Below are positions 36,834-40,156 of a DNA stretch of 40,156 nucleotides, in pieces. The stretch's first letter is position 1; every line of letters begins with the position of its first letter. This DNA is from Chiloscyllium plagiosum (lineage: Eukaryota). The notes beneath the pieces were generated by a model. That model did not search any database and was not told the DNA's origin. It saw only the letters and a program-made list of their open reading frames with translations. The translations under genes were made by a program, and so were the position numbers. The stretch spans positions 48,086,507-48,126,662 of the forward strand of contig NC_057718.1 in NCBI RefSeq assembly GCF_004010195.1. The letters run 5' to 3'.

Positions 36834-37246
36834 CCAGCGTAAATCCTACTGAAATTAAGAATCTGATTTCTCTTGGTGCAATTAAATAAATTTGGTTTGA
36901 ATTGATCACTAAGGATGTTAATGACATTTAAGCATTTGTCATTTAACGTCTGCAAAGGTTTGTTAATGACTTATAATCAGAATTACAGCTCTGATTTAAG
37001 AAAAATACAGTATCCTGATTTGTCAGATAAGAATTTTCCTTCTTTCAGTTCTTTAATTTACATTCCCCAGATCAATTGTACAAACTAGGTAGAAGGTGCT
37101 AAGATTAGAATAAATTATAACAAAGGTTCAGGCATTCCTTGATATTTGAACTACACATGTTCCAGACACAGTTCAGTATTTTCTATAAAGTACTGGAATC
37201 TCTAATAACGCTAACCACATAATGACAGATACATGGGAACACCAGC

Positions 37247-37302
37247 CACACTCACACTCACACTCACACTCACTAACTCACTCACTCTCAATCACTCTCA
37301 CT
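37247..37302. repeat. (CACACT)n / (CACT)n microsatellite
   Basis: cacactcacactcacactcacactcactaactcactcactctcaatcactctcac. Confidence 0.9.
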
Positions 37303-39059
37303 ATGTGGTTCTGTGAAAGTAAATTGAGCCTTTTAAGTAAAAAGTGTATTCAACATCTTCAGAATATTTTTCAGGAACTTCAATTAACTATTCGTAACCT
37401 GAAGCCAATATTTTTCAGATTTTCTTTTCACACTTATTCCCAGTATTGCATATATCATTGATACAAAGTATTTTGTCACTAACAAATGGAATATGCAGCT
37501 GTGCACCTTTCGTGGTTGATGTACATGATTTTCCCCTGTTTTCTTCACAGTTTCAGTAATTTCCCTTCTGGTAACATTCTGGATATTTTGGACTCTGTCG
37601 TTTTCAGAACAAGCAATATGTAAATCAGCCAAAGCATGCAAAATATGTTTAATTCTGCAATTATTGCGATGTATAGGTATATCTTTAATTATAATACAAC
37701 CAGAAATCAATCAAGAATAGTTATTGTAGTGGAGAGAAGACTTGTTTTGACATTAATGTACAGTAACTTCATAAAGAAATTTAAACTCCGTTATTAACTG
37801 AAAGCATTGCACTGCAAGGTCTTCCATTTTAAATAATACCTTTTATTGCATGGGAGTTAAAGCAAATACTATTAACGTAACATTCATAAACACTTACTTT
37901 ACATGGAAAATCTCAGCATACTATTTCCGTTTTTACCTTTCATTTTACCTGAGAGTTCCTCAGTACTGTTACTGTGCTTGACCTGGACTGAACTAAGGCA
38001 TTCCACTGCTCTCAGGAATTCTCTCTTCTTCTTCTCTGTATTCCTGCTATTCCCTGAGGTATGGGATTTTTTTTTGTGTGGTTCTTCCACCAACAGCTAG
38101 CTAGTTGACCCTCCAACTTGGTGTAAGTATCTAAAGATTGTGGACACCATAGCTCAAGCATAGCCTTACTAATGTCTTGCTTAGTGACTATAACTTGGAG
38201 AGCATTCTGAGCTTTTGATAGCACAAGGCTTTTCCCAATTTCCCCAGTTTCTCTGAGAAATCATGCAGATAAAAGCCAATGAAAAGACAGATCTCACTGC
38301 AATCTATCCCCATTTCAATCTGGCATTCTTTGGGTGTCCTAGATGGAGATCCAAACTAAGTCCCATTCTCAAACCTTTGATGTGAATATTTAAGACTTTC
38401 TCTTATTTACCAGTTGGTTTCTTTACTTTTCTTTGATCTGGGAAAATTACATGAAGAGTCTATTTATACAATGAGGACAACTATAATTTTACCAGGCTCA
38501 CTGGCTCCATTATGAAGCTATAGGATCACCTGTTGCTTTATTGTCTCATATCTCTAACTCTTTGAAATAAACATAACTCATCCTTTTAATTGCATTTACT
38601 GCAGTTCTGTTGGCTAACATTTTACATTTAAAAATTAAAATTTTGTAACTAGAAATCATTTTTCTAAAATATACCATGAAAATAGACACTTTTGTTATTA
38701 CTCACTGGGGATAGCTGCTGTAAACCAAATTGTACTGTTCCCTGAGTTGTCACAAATGAAGATTTGATTAAACCACCAAATTGCCCAATTCGACCCAATT
38801 GCCTAAGTCAGATAAAAAAAATACATACCAATTTTTTTTCCATGAGCAAGAAAATAACTGTTTAAAAAACTATTTCATTACAATAATGGAAAACCACAGA
38901 CCAATTGAATTGTTAATCTATAATTGTATAATTTAAACAAGCACTGGAAAAGAACAGGATTTCTAATTGATCTAAGATAAAAGTTACCCCTTTAAAAGCA
39001 ATGCAAGCATACAAAGAAAAACAAACAAACACAAATAAGTTAAGTTAGAGGGAATAATA

Positions 39060-40156
39060 GAGGTAAAAACAATGACTGCATTGTTCCTTGGATGCTGCCT
39101 GAACTGCTGTGCTCTTCCAGCACCACTAATCCAGAATCTGGTTTCCAGCATCTGCAGTCATTGTTTTTACCTCGTTGATTTTAACCCTACTGCGAATCCT
39201 CTTGCAAGGATGCCTGCCTTGAAGAAGTTTTCCTCCTCTCTGTACAAGAATCTCAGGGAGTCCCTTTCCCACTGCAACTCCCAGGTCATTTCCTCTGCCC
39301 TGAAGCTCTTCAACCATATCGTGATACAAACTCGCTACCACAGCCACATTTGCTTCCTCAGTGCCTGCCTCCATAACCAACTCAATCCACACAGACTCCA
39401 GACCATCTTTAAACCAGCAGAGTTCAGACCCGAACAGGACAAACAGTACAGACTACAGATTCAAAAACACCAGTAACAGTTCTCCTTCAAGATCCTCTGC
39501 TCCATGCTTGCAGCAATGCGCTGGCACCTAACCTCTCTATAGTCATCCCTGCCTCAGCTGAGGGCCACACACTCTCAGAATTGCAAAGGACCCACTCTGT
39601 ACTACACCCTCAGGAGAATTCATACTCTCAACAAACAGTATTTTAATTCCATCTCAAACATCAAAAACTGTAAGTACAACAAACTTTTATCTACCCACCT
39701 CCATAACCAGCGCTCCTCAAACATTCCAGAAGATTCCCCTGGCCTCGAAATCTACTCAGACTCCATTAGCCATGCGGCTGTTGCAGCTGCCACCCCCACG
39801 CTGATTGATGATGTCACTTCCGCCCCATCATGGCCACTCCCACAACCAGTTCCACCCCTCACAATTCCTCATGCGTCATACGTGACATCACTTCCGCCCC
39901 TCACATCATCACTGATGCCACATGCTCAGTGACTTCCGCCACCCCTACTGCCGTGGTCACCACCACTTCTGCCTCCACCAGTGCCACTCACATGCCCCCC
40001 ACAGACCCCACTGTCACTATTCCCACCCCCCAGAACCTGAGGGGAACACTATCCCTGCTCATGACTCCACCCACATTCCCCCCACCATTACACCCAGTTA
40101 CAGGTTCCGCCCCCCCTCCCCGCCCTACACCCACACCAGATCCCCGCTCCCAGCCC
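39060..40156 (+). mobile_element. 5' part of a Penelope-like retroelement (inverted pLTR plus degenerate ORF N-terminus), running off the window
   Basis: 21-bp inverted repeat 39060-39080 / 39153-39173. ORF from ATG 39210 has the PLE N-terminal motif HICFLSACLHNQLNPHRL (H..FL..C....P..L) and KNCKYNKL. In-frame stops at 39474 and 39540, then a Thr/Pro/Ser-rich linker. Confidence 0.82.

Noticed and set aside
1..40156. CRISPR array, prokaryotic operon, true tRNA/rRNA genes, intact retroviral genes
   Set aside because: No regularly spaced repeats or long intact ORFs; the tRNA-like boxes belong to SINE heads.

Overview
Eukaryotic, AT-rich, repeat-dense genomic DNA with a 500-N scaffold gap at 20305-20804. 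The repeat set points to a cartilaginous fish (shark): HE1-type tRNA-derived V-SINEs, their partner CR1/HER1-type LINEs, and Penelope-like elements. About half of the window is decayed retroelements: more than a dozen CR1 fragments (several nested), six HE1 SINEs, and several Penelope-like pieces. The Penelope pieces include an ORF N-terminus, a GIY-YIG end, and short, often palindromic pseudo-LTR inserts with 12-17 bp target duplications and decayed hammerhead-ribozyme cores. There is also a Tigger-like MITE remnant and possible LTR and Harbinger remnants. Nearly all ORFs in the supplied track are broken retroelement frames or noise. No host protein-coding gene could be named. There are weak plus-strand exon candidates and a repeat-free 3'UTR-like block at about 21.1-23.4 kb. 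The most notable observations are a 113-bp-arm near-perfect palindrome (7273-7508), the hammerhead-bearing Penelope inserts, and repeated ETS-CRE/GC-box promoter modules inside the Penelope ORF. I found no convincing new multi-gene system. Repeat family names come from motif recognition, not a database search, and boundaries are approximate.
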